64,000 bases of DNA from positions 1 to 64,000 of the forward strand of contig JAZNOU010000005.1 in assembly GCA_045589295.1 (NCBI GenBank). Reading direction: 5' to 3'. A model generated the notes under the pieces. The model was not told the origin of the DNA, searched no databases, and saw nothing but the letters and a program-made list of their open reading frames with translations. The translations under genes were made by a program, and so were the position numbers. Every line of letters starts with the position of its first letter. The stretch's first letter is position 1. This document shows positions 35,740 through 45,781 of the stretch, in pieces. Origin of the DNA: Clostridia bacterium (GTDB lineage Bacteria > Bacillota > Clostridia > RGIG6154).

Positions 35740-36477
35740 TTATAAATACTCTTTTATATACTGTGTTTTTTTTAGCTGTTTTTCTTCCTTGTACTGCTTA
35801 CGAATTGTTTCAACAACAGATGTATCAGCACCTATTTCTTTAAGTCCTTGTGACAATGTAGTCAAAACTGTCTCAACTTTTGCATCACATTCCTTTTCTG
35901 CCTGAACAAACTGTGGCATAAGGTAATCAGCAATTTTAAGTTTATTTTCCATTGTCATATTTTTCCCGTTATCTGCAATATACATTCGCTTGCCTTCACG
36001 TTCAAGATCGGCAAGTCTTTTTGTAAAACCGGCCTTTAGTGTGTACATTTCTTTGACAGCCGCTTGCAGTAGTTCTTTTTGTTTAGCACTTTTCTCATCT
36101 TTCTGATTTGGTTCAGTAGGATTTTGTTGTCCCTGAATTTGTTGATTTTCAGATGTTTTAACATTTTCCCCCTGCTCAGGTTCTTCTTCAAACAACTTGT
36201 CTACCGCTTCTTCAACAGTAATCTCACCTTTGGCAATTTTTTCTTCATCTTCTTTCGAAAATCCGTCAATTACCTTTTGGTCAAAAATCTGTTCATTTTC
36301 AATAATTTCCGAGAATTTTTTCTTGTTTTCTGCTATCCTCTCTTCAAGTTTTGTCTCATCAGCAGTGATACCAGTATAAATTGCCATTATATTATCCCAC
36401 TGCCAAACAAGAAGAATGGTAGTAATTACAACAAAAAAAATCAAAATACTAAGAATTATTTTCCAAGCTTTTTTCAT
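35740..36477 (-). CDS. hypothetical membrane-anchored, charged helical protein
   Basis: One N-terminal TM segment, E/K/Q-rich remainder, in operon context. Confidence 0.75.
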   Translation of the reverse strand: MKKAWKIILSILIFFVVITTILLVWQWDNIMAIYTGITADETKLEERIAENKKKFSEIIENEQIFDQKVIDGFSKEDEEKIAKGEITVEEAVDKLFEEEPEQGENVKTSENQQIQGQQNPTEPNQKDEKSAKQKELLQAAVKEMYTLKAGFTKRLADLEREGKRMYIADNGKNMTMENKLKIADYLMPQFVQAEKECDAKVETVLTTLSQGLKEIGADTSVVETIRKQYKEEKQLKKTQYIKEYL

Positions 36478-36480
36478 ATA

Positions 36481-37221
36481 TTACTCCTTATCTTTAAAGA
36501 GCTTCCCTATTTCTTTATATGCTTGCGGTGTTCCTATATCGTAGCACTCACCCGCAAAAGAGTAAGCATAAACATCCTTTCTTTCACAAAGCCACGAAGG
36601 GAAAAAACCTGGTGCATCAGGATTATTTCCTTCATCAATATATTGCTTAATCATAGGAACAGTATCTTTTGTGTAAAAATATGATGCAAATGCAGCCGTA
36701 TCCGAAATCGGAATCGCCGGTTTCTCAACCATTTTTATAACTCTGCTGTTTTCATCCATAACAACATTTGCCATACGCTTTAAGTCTTCATGATTTTCGA
36801 TTTTGCTAACCAAAATCATATCTTTATTTTTTGTTTTAAATTCATTGTAAAAGTCAATCAAGTCAAATGTGAAAATGTTGTCACTTGCCATAATAAGAAT
36901 ATCATCATTAACACACGCATTTTCAATTACAAACTGAACATCTCCGATTGCTCCGAGCTTATTTGTATCATCAGTAGTATTATCATTTATCACGGTAATT
37001 TTGACATCACTTTTTGCCTGATTGTTCCATTCACAAAACTGGTCATAAAATCTGTCATTTGTAACAATTAAAATTTCGTCAATTTCAGAAATTGTTTTTA
37101 TTTCATTTACTACAAAATCGAGTATTGTCTGCTTCCCAATCGTAAGCAGAGCCTTCGGTTTATTAATAGTAAGAGGATATAATCTTGTTGCATATCCTGC
37201 TGCAAGAATTATTGCTTTCAT
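36481..37221 (-). CDS. sugar-1-phosphate nucleotidyltransferase family protein
   Basis: MKAIILAAGYATRLYPLT...PKALL, VEKP, YDIGT; start at ATG 37221 behind AAGGAG. Confidence 0.88.
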   Translation of the reverse strand: MKAIILAAGYATRLYPLTINKPKALLTIGKQTILDFVVNEIKTISEIDEILIVTNDRFYDQFCEWNNQAKSDVKITVINDNTTDDTNKLGAIGDVQFVIENACVNDDILIMASDNIFTFDLIDFYNEFKTKNKDMILVSKIENHEDLKRMANVVMDENSRVIKMVEKPAIPISDTAAFASYFYTKDTVPMIKQYIDEGNNPDAPGFFPSWLCERKDVYAYSFAGECYDIGTPQAYKEIGKLFKDKE

Positions 37222-37234
37222 TTTTTTCTCCTTA

Positions 37235-39136
37235 TTACGCCCCTTTTGCGTTTGAGTTATCAATAGCATTCACGGGGTGATATGTGGTAACATATTTTTG
37301 AAGTACCTGTCTTATCTCTTCATAGTCATTATTTTCAATTGCTTTTTCAAACAGTTCAAATGACTCCTTGATTGCATTCAAATCACTAAACATTGATTCT
37401 TCGATAAAAATTCTCGAATTATCTGTTTTTTTAGATGTTTCGGTATTTTTAATCAAAAGCTCTTCATACAGCTTTTCACCAGGGCGAAGTCCTGTTATTT
37501 CGATTTTGATATCAACATCAGGCTTGTACCCTGCAAGCTTAATCATATTATATGCCAAATCATAAATTTTTACCGGCCTTCCCATATCAAGAACAAAAAT
37601 TTCTCCGCCGTTTGCATAATATGATGCCTGAAGCACAAGTTGTGCCGCTTCAGGAATAGTCATAAAGTACCTGGTTATATCTTTGTGTGTAACAGTAATC
37701 GGTCCACCTTTTTCTATCTGCCTTTTGAACAAAGGAACAACCGAACCGTTTGAACCTAAAACATTTCCAAACCTTACTGCCACATACTCGGTTTTACTTA
37801 CCGGCTGAAGTGACTGTATAATCATTTCACAAAATCTCTTTGTTGCACCCATAACGTTTGTAGGATTAACCGCTTTATCTGTAGAAATCATTACAAATTT
37901 TTCAACACTGTATTTGTTTGCCGCAGTTGCTACATTATAAGTACCAAAAATATTATTTTTTATTGCCTCGCAAGGATTATACTCCATCAAAGGAACATGC
38001 TTATGTGCTGCTGCGTGAAAAATAATTTTGGGTTTATATAGTTCAACAACTTCGTCAATTCTTTTTTTATCTCGGATTGATGCAATAACAACTGACACAT
38101 TAAGCCATGTATACTTTTCAGCCAACTCATTCTGCAGGTCATATGCGTTGTTTTCATATATATCAAGTACAACTATTCTTTTGGGGTTGTATCTTGCAAT
38201 CTGTCTGCAAAGTTCGCTGCCAATTGAACCGCCGCCACCTGTAACTAAAATTGTTTCCCCTTCAATGTCTGAAGCAATTTCACGGTCATTAAGAACAATA
38301 GGATCGCGTGAAAGAAGATCTTCAATTTCAATTTCCTTTGTTTTGCTGTATGAAATATCACTCGCATCTATAAGCTGGTCAATATTTGGCAAAACCTTTA
38401 CACGGCATGCAGTTTTATTACATATTTCAATAAGCTCAGAAAGACTTTCGCGCTCAAGCGAAGGAATAGCTATAATAATTTCATCGACATGTTCTTTATC
38501 GCATATTTTGTATATATCTTTTCTTCCGCCTAAAACTGTATAATTAAATATAGTTTGTCCGATTTTCTCGCTGTTATCATCAATAATACCAACAATTCTG
38601 TATTTAAAAGTTGTGTTATTGATAATGTCGTTGATGATTATTCCGCCTGCCTGACCTGCACCTATAACCAAGATGTCTTTCACATCATCATTTTTTGCAG
38701 TTATGTATCTTCTTGCGTATAAAACAAGAATTTTAACCGACACCCTTGAAAACAACACAAAGGATATGTAGCACAACGCAAAAATAGCAAGTGTTCTTAT
38801 TGATAAGATTTTACCCTTGAGCATAATCGAAAGACCAAACATACCCAAAACTGTAAATAACGAACAGCTAAGAGTTACTACATAATCAAAAACACTTGCA
38901 TTATACCAAAATCTTTTATATGCATCAAACACTACAAAAATCACAATATGCAAGCATACACCAACAAACGCAGTCCATTCTAGTCTGCGAAAGACAACAG
39001 GCGAAATTGCAAAATTTTCACTTGATAACACAGATGCCACAACCAAAGATGCAATAATAATTATAAAATCTACTAAAGGAAATACAATATGATGTTTTTT
39101 ATTACTAATCAGAACGCACCCCATCTCTTTTTTCAT
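37235..39136 (-). CDS. CapD/PglF-family nucleoside-diphosphate sugar 4,6-dehydratase
   Basis: 4 N-terminal TMs, GAGQAG, TGGGGSIGSE, HAAAHKHVP, STDKAVNP, RFGNVLGS, GEKLYEEL. Confidence 0.92.
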   Translation of the reverse strand: MKKEMGCVLISNKKHHIVFPLVDFIIIIASLVVASVLSSENFAISPVVFRRLEWTAFVGVCLHIVIFVVFDAYKRFWYNASVFDYVVTLSCSLFTVLGMFGLSIMLKGKILSIRTLAIFALCYISFVLFSRVSVKILVLYARRYITAKNDDVKDILVIGAGQAGGIIINDIINNTTFKYRIVGIIDDNSEKIGQTIFNYTVLGGRKDIYKICDKEHVDEIIIAIPSLERESLSELIEICNKTACRVKVLPNIDQLIDASDISYSKTKEIEIEDLLSRDPIVLNDREIASDIEGETILVTGGGGSIGSELCRQIARYNPKRIVVLDIYENNAYDLQNELAEKYTWLNVSVVIASIRDKKRIDEVVELYKPKIIFHAAAHKHVPLMEYNPCEAIKNNIFGTYNVATAANKYSVEKFVMISTDKAVNPTNVMGATKRFCEMIIQSLQPVSKTEYVAVRFGNVLGSNGSVVPLFKRQIEKGGPITVTHKDITRYFMTIPEAAQLVLQASYYANGGEIFVLDMGRPVKIYDLAYNMIKLAGYKPDVDIKIEITGLRPGEKLYEELLIKNTETSKKTDNSRIFIEESMFSDLNAIKESFELFEKAIENNDYEEIRQVLQKYVTTYHPVNAIDNSNAKGA

Positions 39137-39203
39137 AATATAAAGTAATTATATCATTTCAACCTCAAAATGTCAATTGTAACAAATTGCAGCATTTTAC
39201 ATA

Positions 39204-39794
39204 TTACTGTTTTTTTCCTTCAACAAAGTAAGTTGCCTCCATATCTGCACAAGAAAGCGCAAAAGCAAGCGGGAACATTTCAAACGCACTACCTACATTT
39301 CTCACATCGTCAGTCTGAGAAGAAAAGCCCATATGGTATCTTATCGCAAACGCCTCTTCCCTGGTAAGTTTCATAAAGCCAGTTATAATATAAACAGATT
39401 TCTCTCCGTGTCCGTATGGCAAATTATCGCAAAACTCGTATGTAGGAACGCTTTTCCACACCCCATCAGGACCTTTTACATTTCTTGTCCCCTCTTTATA
39501 ACAATCCACTTTGCACAAATCATGAAGTAACGAAACAATAGCAATGCTTTCCTCAGTATAATTCATACCGTAAAGCTCTTTTACTCTTTCACGCGACAAA
39601 TAATCATTAAGACAATCATACACATTAAGACTGTGTTCTAAAAGTCCTCCTTTATATGAACCGTGAAATCTTGCACTGGCAGGTGCAGTAAAAAAGTCGC
39701 TTGACGGAGAAAGCAAATATTCCAAAAGCTTATCTGCACCCTCACGTGTTATTTTTTCTTTATAAATTGATAAAAATCTTTCTTTCAAATCCAT
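39204..39794 (-). CDS. HD-domain metal-dependent phosphohydrolase
   Basis: APASARFHG...GGLLEHS, LLHDLCK, GHGEKS, IRYHMG; start is 39794 or 39806. Confidence 0.85.
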   Translation of the reverse strand: MDLKERFLSIYKEKITREGADKLLEYLLSPSSDFFTAPASARFHGSYKGGLLEHSLNVYDCLNDYLSRERVKELYGMNYTEESIAIVSLLHDLCKVDCYKEGTRNVKGPDGVWKSVPTYEFCDNLPYGHGEKSVYIITGFMKLTREEAFAIRYHMGFSSQTDDVRNVGSAFEMFPLAFALSCADMEATYFVEGKKQ

Positions 39795-39795
39795 A

Positions 39796-40344
39796 CTATC
39801 TTTCATTTCCTTTATAATTTGCTCTTGGTCCGCCAATATATTTTGGACGAGTTCTTGCCGCCGAAACTATGGCATCACCTATTCTCTTAACTGAAAGTCT
39901 TACAGGAACCGCAACATCTTTAAGATGCATTCCTATCATGGTAAGACCAATATCAATTCCTAAATCTGCTTTTATATATTCAACTGCCACCGGGTCGGTA
40001 AAACCACTGTATGCTGCTGTTGCAAACGAGCCTCCCGCTTTGGGTACAGGCATTACATTTACAATTTCAAGTCCTTTTTTCTCTGCAAGCTCACGTTCTA
40101 CAATTAATGCTCTGTTTAAATGCTCGCAACACTGAGCAGCGACATAAACCCCGTTTTTATTTGCAATTTCTTTAATTGCAGAAAAAACTTCATATGCCAC
40201 TTCAGGTCTGGAATCAGAACCTATTTTTTGTCCGCTAATTTCGCTTGATGAACAACCTACTACAAGAATCTGTCCTTTTTTCACACATGATATTTCAAAC
40301 AGCTCTTTTATTGCGGATTTTGTTTGTTTTTTAAGTTCTTCCAA
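39796..40344 (-). CDS. TIGR01440/DUF436 family protein (YwlG-like)
   Basis: VVGCSSSE, QCCEHLNRAL, KAGGS, GMHLKDVAVP, RPKYIGG; TTG start at 40344 behind AAAGGAG. Confidence 0.88.
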   Translation of the reverse strand: MEELKKQTKSAIKELFEISCVKKGQILVVGCSSSEISGQKIGSDSRPEVAYEVFSAIKEIANKNGVYVAAQCCEHLNRALIVERELAEKKGLEIVNVMPVPKAGGSFATAAYSGFTDPVAVEYIKADLGIDIGLTMIGMHLKDVAVPVRLSVKRIGDAIVSAARTRPKYIGGPRANYKGNER

Positions 40345-40486
40345 CGCAAAAACTCCTTTTCTCCAAACTATATATATTATATCAGTATTAAAGGCAAATG
40401 TCAAAACATATTTCTCACCAAAATTCTCTTTTTTTCATAGTATGATATTGGATGAATATCCAATATTTTTAAAAGGAGCTTTATAA

Positions 40487-40807
40487 ATGAACGGCGAATA
40501 TGAACAGCATATTGTCAAAGAACTTTGCCCTACCGTTGGCACTGTAGAAGTTGACGTTGGCGTTCCTGTATGTGTAAAAGCATTTGCTCATGTTGGGAAA
40601 GTTAAAACAGAATGTATTGGGAAAGCAGAAATTATCCCTGGAAGCGACTGTTGCAAAGGCAAACCAGACAATGTATGTAAATTTGTGATTAGTCAGAAAA
40701 TCAAAGTTGAAATTCCAGTAATGTTCGGTGCAAAAACCGAAGTTGGCGAACCTTCAGTTGACTGCGGATGCCCAAAAGGCGAAATTTGTTGCACAATTGA
40801 GAAATAA
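40487..40807 (+). CDS. small Cys-rich hypothetical protein (possible spore coat/exosporium protein)
   Basis: SD AAGGAG, 106 aa with 10 Cys, own terminator. Confidence 0.7.
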   Translation: MNGEYEQHIVKELCPTVGTVEVDVGVPVCVKAFAHVGKVKTECIGKAEIIPGSDCCKGKPDNVCKFVISQKIKVEIPVMFGAKTEVGEPSVDCGCPKGEICCTIEK

Positions 40808-40824
40808 ACTTATTGCCTGTTATG

Positions 40825-40860
40825 AAAAAATCCCCGTTAGTGAAATTCACTAACGGGGAT
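40825..40860. terminator. terminator between convergent genes
   Basis: ATCCCCGTTAGTG-aaatt-CACTAACGGGGAT. Confidence 0.75.
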
Positions 40861-40864
40861 AAAA

Positions 40865-41176
40865 TTATAATCCAAGCATACTTTCTACTTTTGACATTGA
40901 AACAAGCCCTAATGAAGTTTCAATAGGTGCTCCATCTTTAAACGAAATCAGTGTTGGTATACTCATTACCTGAAATTTCTGTGCAAGTGCAGGGGTTTCA
41001 TCTACATTTATTTTGCAGATTTTTGCATCTTCATGTGCACTTGCCACTCTCTCTAAAATAGGTGCAAGCATTTTACAAGGACCACACCAATCCGCATAAA
41101 AATCGACTAATACAGTTCCTTTCGCATTTAAAACTTCAGTTTCAAAATTAGATTCATTTACTTTAACAATTGACAT
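40865..41176 (-). CDS. trxA: thioredoxin
   Basis: VDFYADWCGPCKM, MSIPTL; start at ATG 41176 behind AGGAGA. Confidence 0.95.
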   Translation of the reverse strand: MSIVKVNESNFETEVLNAKGTVLVDFYADWCGPCKMLAPILERVASAHEDAKICKINVDETPALAQKFQVMSIPTLISFKDGAPIETSLGLVSMSKVESMLGL

Positions 41177-41210
41177 AACAAATCTCTCCTTTAAACTATA
41201 ATATGTTAAT

Positions 41211-41414
41211 TTATCCGATAAATTCAAATCTTTTAACAGTTTTTCCGTTAACTATAATTATATCGTCCCACATACCAAGAGGTCTTACCCAGATTTCGCC
41301 ATTTCCATATAAAGCTTTATATATAACCATCTCTTCTAAAGTTTCACTGTGTCTGCCGACACCAATTAGCTCATATTCATTACCTTTATAGTGGCGATAT
41401 CTCCCCAGTTTCAT
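41211..41414 (-). CDS. DUF1653 domain protein
   Basis: GRYRHYKGNEY...HSETLEEMVIYKALYG...WVRP...RF. Confidence 0.88.
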   Translation of the reverse strand: MKLGRYRHYKGNEYELIGVGRHSETLEEMVIYKALYGNGEIWVRPLGMWDDIIIVNGKTVKRFEFIG

Positions 41415-41480
41415 ATTTGCCTCCTTAACATATTTTCATCTTCAGTATAGCATTATTATAAGAATATTTCAATATGAAAT

Positions 41481-41834
41481 TTATTTTTCTGATGATTTAG
41501 AAAAAAGTGCCGCCAGATAACCAAACAGTATTGCAGCCGTAATTCCTCCCGCTGATGCTGTAAGTCCCCCCGTAAAAATTCCTGCAAAACCATCTTTTAA
41601 AACCGCCTCTTTTGCACCTTTTGACAAAAGATAACCAAAACCTGTGAGCGGCACCGTTGCACCTGCCCCCGCAAAATCAACTATTTTCTCATAAATTCCA
41701 AGTGTGCCAAGCACTGCGCCTGCAACTACATATATAACCAATATTCTTGCAGGTGTAAGCTTTGTTTTATCAATTAAAATCTGTCCTATCACACAAATTA
41801 TTCCACCTACAACAAATGCCTTAATATAATCCAT
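41481..41834 (-). CDS. spoVAE: stage V sporulation protein AE (AEB type)
   Basis: AFVVGGIICVIGQ, LTPARILV, GAGATVPLTGFG. Confidence 0.92.
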   Translation of the reverse strand: MDYIKAFVVGGIICVIGQILIDKTKLTPARILVIYVVAGAVLGTLGIYEKIVDFAGAGATVPLTGFGYLLSKGAKEAVLKDGFAGIFTGGLTASAGGITAAILFGYLAALFSKSSEK

Positions 41835-41836
41835 TT

Positions 41837-42844
41837 TTACACCCTTTCTATTGCCACTGCGTGTGCAACGCCAGGAATGCTTTGCCCTTGAAATGAGCTT
41901 GTTGTGCTCATTAAAGCACCTGTTGCAACAAGTAGCACTCTGTTTATTTTACCTGTTTTCAAAAGACTATATATATGTCCTGCAAAAACACTGGCGCAAC
42001 ATCCGCAACCCGAACCACCCGCATGAACATCTTGTGTTATTCTGTCATATATCTCCATTCCGCAGTCGATATATTTTTCTTTTAAATCAAGCCCAATATT
42101 TTCAAGTTGTTCTTTTACTATTGCGTGTCCAAGTTCGCCCAGGTCTCCTGTAGCTATCATATCATAATAGTCATTGCTGATATTTCTGTCTTCAAAATGC
42201 GTTGAGATTGTGTCAATCGCAGATGGTGCCATAGCTGCACCCATATTATTTGCATCTTTTATTCCCATATCTACAATTTTACCCGGAGTTATGTGGGTTA
42301 TTGCTATATCACCATCATCTGAAGACACCAACGCTGCTCCTGAACCTGTTACTGTCCATTGTGAAGTTGGAGTTCTTTGACCGCCATATTCAAGAGGGAA
42401 ACGGAACTGCCTTTCGCTTGAGCAAAAATGACTTGAAGTAACCGCTATTGTGTTTTGTGAATATCCGCCATCAACTGTCATAGCTGCAATACAAAGACTT
42501 TCTGCCATTGTAGAACACGCACCGTACAAACCTAAAAAAGGAATATTAAAATCCGCTATCCCAAAACTTGTACCCATACATTGATTTAAAAGGTCTCCTC
42601 CGCAGATTAAATCCATTTCTTCTTTTGTTTTTCCTGATTTTTTAAGCAGAATTTCAACTGCTTTTTTCTGCATTTTGCTTTCTGCTTTTTCCCAGGAGCT
42701 TTCACCAAATCTACCATCGTCTATAACATAATCAAAGCTATCTTTATAATTCCCATCCTGCTCTTTTTGTCCTACAACAGAAGCAGTTTGAATTATTTTC
42801 GGCAAATTATTTAACTTTATTGTTTGTTTTCCGATTCTGTTCAT
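41837..42844 (-). CDS. spoVAD: stage V sporulation protein AD
   Basis: GDLLNQ, GACSTMAES, SSHFCSSERQFRFPLEYG, GGSGCGC. Confidence 0.95.
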   Translation of the reverse strand: MNRIGKQTIKLNNLPKIIQTASVVGQKEQDGNYKDSFDYVIDDGRFGESSWEKAESKMQKKAVEILLKKSGKTKEEMDLICGGDLLNQCMGTSFGIADFNIPFLGLYGACSTMAESLCIAAMTVDGGYSQNTIAVTSSHFCSSERQFRFPLEYGGQRTPTSQWTVTGSGAALVSSDDGDIAITHITPGKIVDMGIKDANNMGAAMAPSAIDTISTHFEDRNISNDYYDMIATGDLGELGHAIVKEQLENIGLDLKEKYIDCGMEIYDRITQDVHAGGSGCGCCASVFAGHIYSLLKTGKINRVLLVATGALMSTTSSFQGQSIPGVAHAVAIERV

Positions 42845-42854
42845 AAAACTCTCC

Positions 42855-43292
42855 TTACAAAAACAAATAATATACTATCCCTGAAGCCACCGATGCAATA
42901 ACGCCATATGTTATAACAGGCCCTGCTATTTTAAATATATTTGCTGCAAGTCCCATTACAAAGCCCTCGTTTTTAAACTCCATTGCAGGTGAAACAACTG
43001 CATTTGCAAATCCCGTTATAGGCACCAAAGTTCCGGCCCCAGCATGTTTTGCAATGTTATCATAAACATTAAGCCCTGTTAAAAGTGCGCTTATAAAAAT
43101 TAAAGTTATGCTTGACAAAGTTCCTGCTATTTCTTTGTCAAAATTTAAATTCATATACATTTGTAAAAAAAATTGTCCTATTGTGCAAATTAACCCGCCT
43201 ACCCAGAAAGCATTAAACATATCAAGCCATAGTTTTGATTTTTTTGCTTTGTTTTCTGCATACTTTTTATATTGCTTTTTTGTCATTTCCAT
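42855..43292 (-). CDS. spoVAC: stage V sporulation protein AC
   Basis: AFWVGGLICTIGQ, AGAGTLVPITGFAN, FKIAGPVI. Confidence 0.93.
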   Translation of the reverse strand: MEMTKKQYKKYAENKAKKSKLWLDMFNAFWVGGLICTIGQFFLQMYMNLNFDKEIAGTLSSITLIFISALLTGLNVYDNIAKHAGAGTLVPITGFANAVVSPAMEFKNEGFVMGLAANIFKIAGPVITYGVIASVASGIVYYLFL

Positions 43293-43348
43293 AAAAAAAC
43301 ATCCTTTATATTTTTTATAATATTATTTCTGTTTTTTCAGAAAATATT

Positions 43349-43375
43349 AAAAACCGAAGCAAAGCTTCGGTTTTT
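43349..43375 (-). terminator. intrinsic terminator
   Basis: AAAAACCGAAGC-aaa-GCTTCGGTTTTT. Confidence 0.75.
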
Positions 43376-43378
43376 GAT

Positions 43379-43978
43379 TTATAATTTTTCAAAATCACTT
43401 GCACCATGTTTGCAAATTGGACAAATAAAATCGTCAGGCAGCGGCTCTCCCTCATACACATAACCGCATATTTTGCAAACATAACCTTTTTTCGCCTTGT
43501 TTTCAGGCTTTGGTTTTACATTTTTATGATAGTATGAATATGTCATGGTAGGCAAATCGTACATAGTCCTTGCATCATCTACAGTACAAATAAACATACC
43601 ATGTGTTGAAACGTCAACATACTGTTCAACATTTAAACAAAGAAATGAGTTAATATAATCAGTAAGCACTAAGAGACCATTTTCTGATTTAAAAGTATCA
43701 ACATTTTTAAACTTATCTTCCGTTTTTCCGCTCTTAAAACCAAAATTTTGAAATAACGAAAATGGTGCCTGTTCAGTAAGTATATTAATATTCATCTTAC
43801 CTGACTTCTTAACAATTTCATGAGTGTAATTTTGCTTATTTATGCAAACTGCAACTCTTGCAGGACTGTCAGTAATCTGCATAACGGTGTTTACAATTGC
43901 CCCGTTATCCTTAACCCCATCATTGGAAGTAACAACATAAAGTCCATATCCTAAATTGAATAATGCTTTTAAATCCAT
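43379..43978 (-). CDS. flavin reductase-like protein with C-terminal rubredoxin-like domain
   Basis: YGLYVVT...NTVMQIT, FGFKSG, C-terminal CKICGY...CPICKH. Confidence 0.88.
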   Translation of the reverse strand: MDLKALFNLGYGLYVVTSNDGVKDNGAIVNTVMQITDSPARVAVCINKQNYTHEIVKKSGKMNINILTEQAPFSLFQNFGFKSGKTEDKFKNVDTFKSENGLLVLTDYINSFLCLNVEQYVDVSTHGMFICTVDDARTMYDLPTMTYSYYHKNVKPKPENKAKKGYVCKICGYVYEGEPLPDDFICPICKHGASDFEKL

Positions 43979-44069
43979 AAATCAAATCTCCTTTTAATAA
44001 AAAAGTGATATATAGTACATTAAAACGTGTTAAACAAATAATATCATATTTGTCAGGTATTTACAAGCC

Positions 44070-45653
44070 TTAATTTGGTTTTTGATTTCTTTTGATTTTA
44101 AATGTTGAAGTCCTTTCTAATGGCTTATCAGAAACAATAACTTCCCTAATTTGCTTATAGGAAATGAGTTTTAAATTCAAATCCTCTATAGCATCATCAA
44201 CAAGTTTTTTTATTTCTGCATCATTTTTATCAGAAAGTTTCTCTTTGTCGCATACTATGTATGCACATATTACATCTTTATCATCTTCGGTTTTTCCATA
44301 AACCATACACTCTTTAATAAAATCATATTTATAAATATGCTCTTCTATTTCTTCAGGAAATACATTTTTACCATTTTTAAGAGCAATCATATTTTTCTTT
44401 CTGCCAGTTATCCAGATAAACCCATCTTTGTCAATGCGTCCTAAATCGCCCGTATGGAAATACCCATTTCTTAAAACTTCTTCGGTCAGCTCTTTATTTT
44501 CATAATAACCAAGCATTATATTATCACCTTTTGCGATAATTTCACCAATCCCCTCTCTGTCAGGATTGTCGATTTTCATATCAATCCCCGGCATTGCTTT
44601 TCCAACCGAGCCATATCTAATATGTTCAGGGGTTTCTGCACATAAAACGGGTGAAGTTTCTGTTAGCCCATAACCCTGAACAGTTAAGAATCCTATATCA
44701 TTAAACCATTTCTCAACCTCGGGATTAAGAGCTGCTCCGCCCATTATAATAAATCTTAATGACTGACCAATTTGCTTTGTAATTTTGCCAAAGAAGACTT
44801 TTCTTAAATCAATTTTTACTTTAAGAAGCGCTCTGCTAACCTTGATAAGTGCAGCTATAAGCTTATCCTTACCCATATCCTTTATTTTTCTGTTTGCAGT
44901 CTTATAAATAGCATCTGCAATCAAAGGAACACCAACTAAAACAGTAGCCTTATGTTCATCAATAGATTTTGTAATTTTAAGCCCGTCACAAAACACATTA
45001 TTAATACCAATACTTAAAAACAACAACAACCCTACCATTCCAAAAGTGTGATGAAGAGGAAGAATAACCAAACTTACGTCATCATCTTCAAAACGCTCGT
45101 GAAGAGATAAAGCATATATGTTTGATGCAATATTGTACTGAGATAACATAACAGCTTTTGAATTTTCTGTTGTTCCCGATGTAAAAAGCAACATACTCAT
45201 TTTATTGTTATCAATTTCATATCTTTCATTTTCACTTTTTGGGATTGTTTTTGCCTCAAGCAAAAGTTCGTTCGAGGCATTCTCGATTTTTATGTCAATA
45301 TCAGGCAAATTCATTTTTCCTGCTACAAACAATACATCTGCTTTACTCCTTGCAATCTGGCTTTGAATTTCGTAATCTTTAAGACCTTTGTCAAGTGGGA
45401 TTAAAACACTGCCGGTATACATTGTAGACAAATGCACTATCATCCATTCATAACAGTTTTTTCCGATTAAAGCTATTCTTTTCCCAACGTAACCGCGTTG
45501 TGAAAACAATCTTGAAACAGCTTTAACATCATCTAACAAATCAGCATATGTAACATTTCTTTCCTTTAAAGAAAACGCATTTTTTTTGCCAAACTTTTCC
45601 GCACTCATTTCAATCATTTCAGCTAAATTATTATAGCGAATAAATTTTTCCAT
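44070..45653 (-). CDS. long-chain fatty acid--CoA ligase (AMP-binding enzyme)
   Basis: FTSGTT, LPLHH, QGYGLTETSP, FHTGDLG, GRKKN...KNVFPEEIE. Confidence 0.88.
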   Translation of the reverse strand: MEKFIRYNNLAEMIEMSAEKFGKKNAFSLKERNVTYADLLDDVKAVSRLFSQRGYVGKRIALIGKNCYEWMIVHLSTMYTGSVLIPLDKGLKDYEIQSQIARSKADVLFVAGKMNLPDIDIKIENASNELLLEAKTIPKSENERYEIDNNKMSMLLFTSGTTENSKAVMLSQYNIASNIYALSLHERFEDDDVSLVILPLHHTFGMVGLLLFLSIGINNVFCDGLKITKSIDEHKATVLVGVPLIADAIYKTANRKIKDMGKDKLIAALIKVSRALLKVKIDLRKVFFGKITKQIGQSLRFIIMGGAALNPEVEKWFNDIGFLTVQGYGLTETSPVLCAETPEHIRYGSVGKAMPGIDMKIDNPDREGIGEIIAKGDNIMLGYYENKELTEEVLRNGYFHTGDLGRIDKDGFIWITGRKKNMIALKNGKNVFPEEIEEHIYKYDFIKECMVYGKTEDDKDVICAYIVCDKEKLSDKNDAEIKKLVDDAIEDLNLKLISYKQIREVIVSDKPLERTSTFKIKRNQKPN

Positions 45654-45669
45654 ATTACACCTCTTAATT

Positions 45670-45688
45670 TAGATAACTTTGTTATCTA
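45670..45688. promoter_or_regulatory. palindromic operator candidate between the acyl-CoA ligase and DUF1836 genes
   Basis: TAGATAAC-ttt-GTTATCTA. Confidence 0.5.
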
Positions 45689-45781
45689 GTATTTAATACT
45701 ATATTATCACGTTTATTATATTTTGTCAAGCACTTGATTATTCATTTAATATGTGTTATTATATCCAAGAGGTGTATATAT

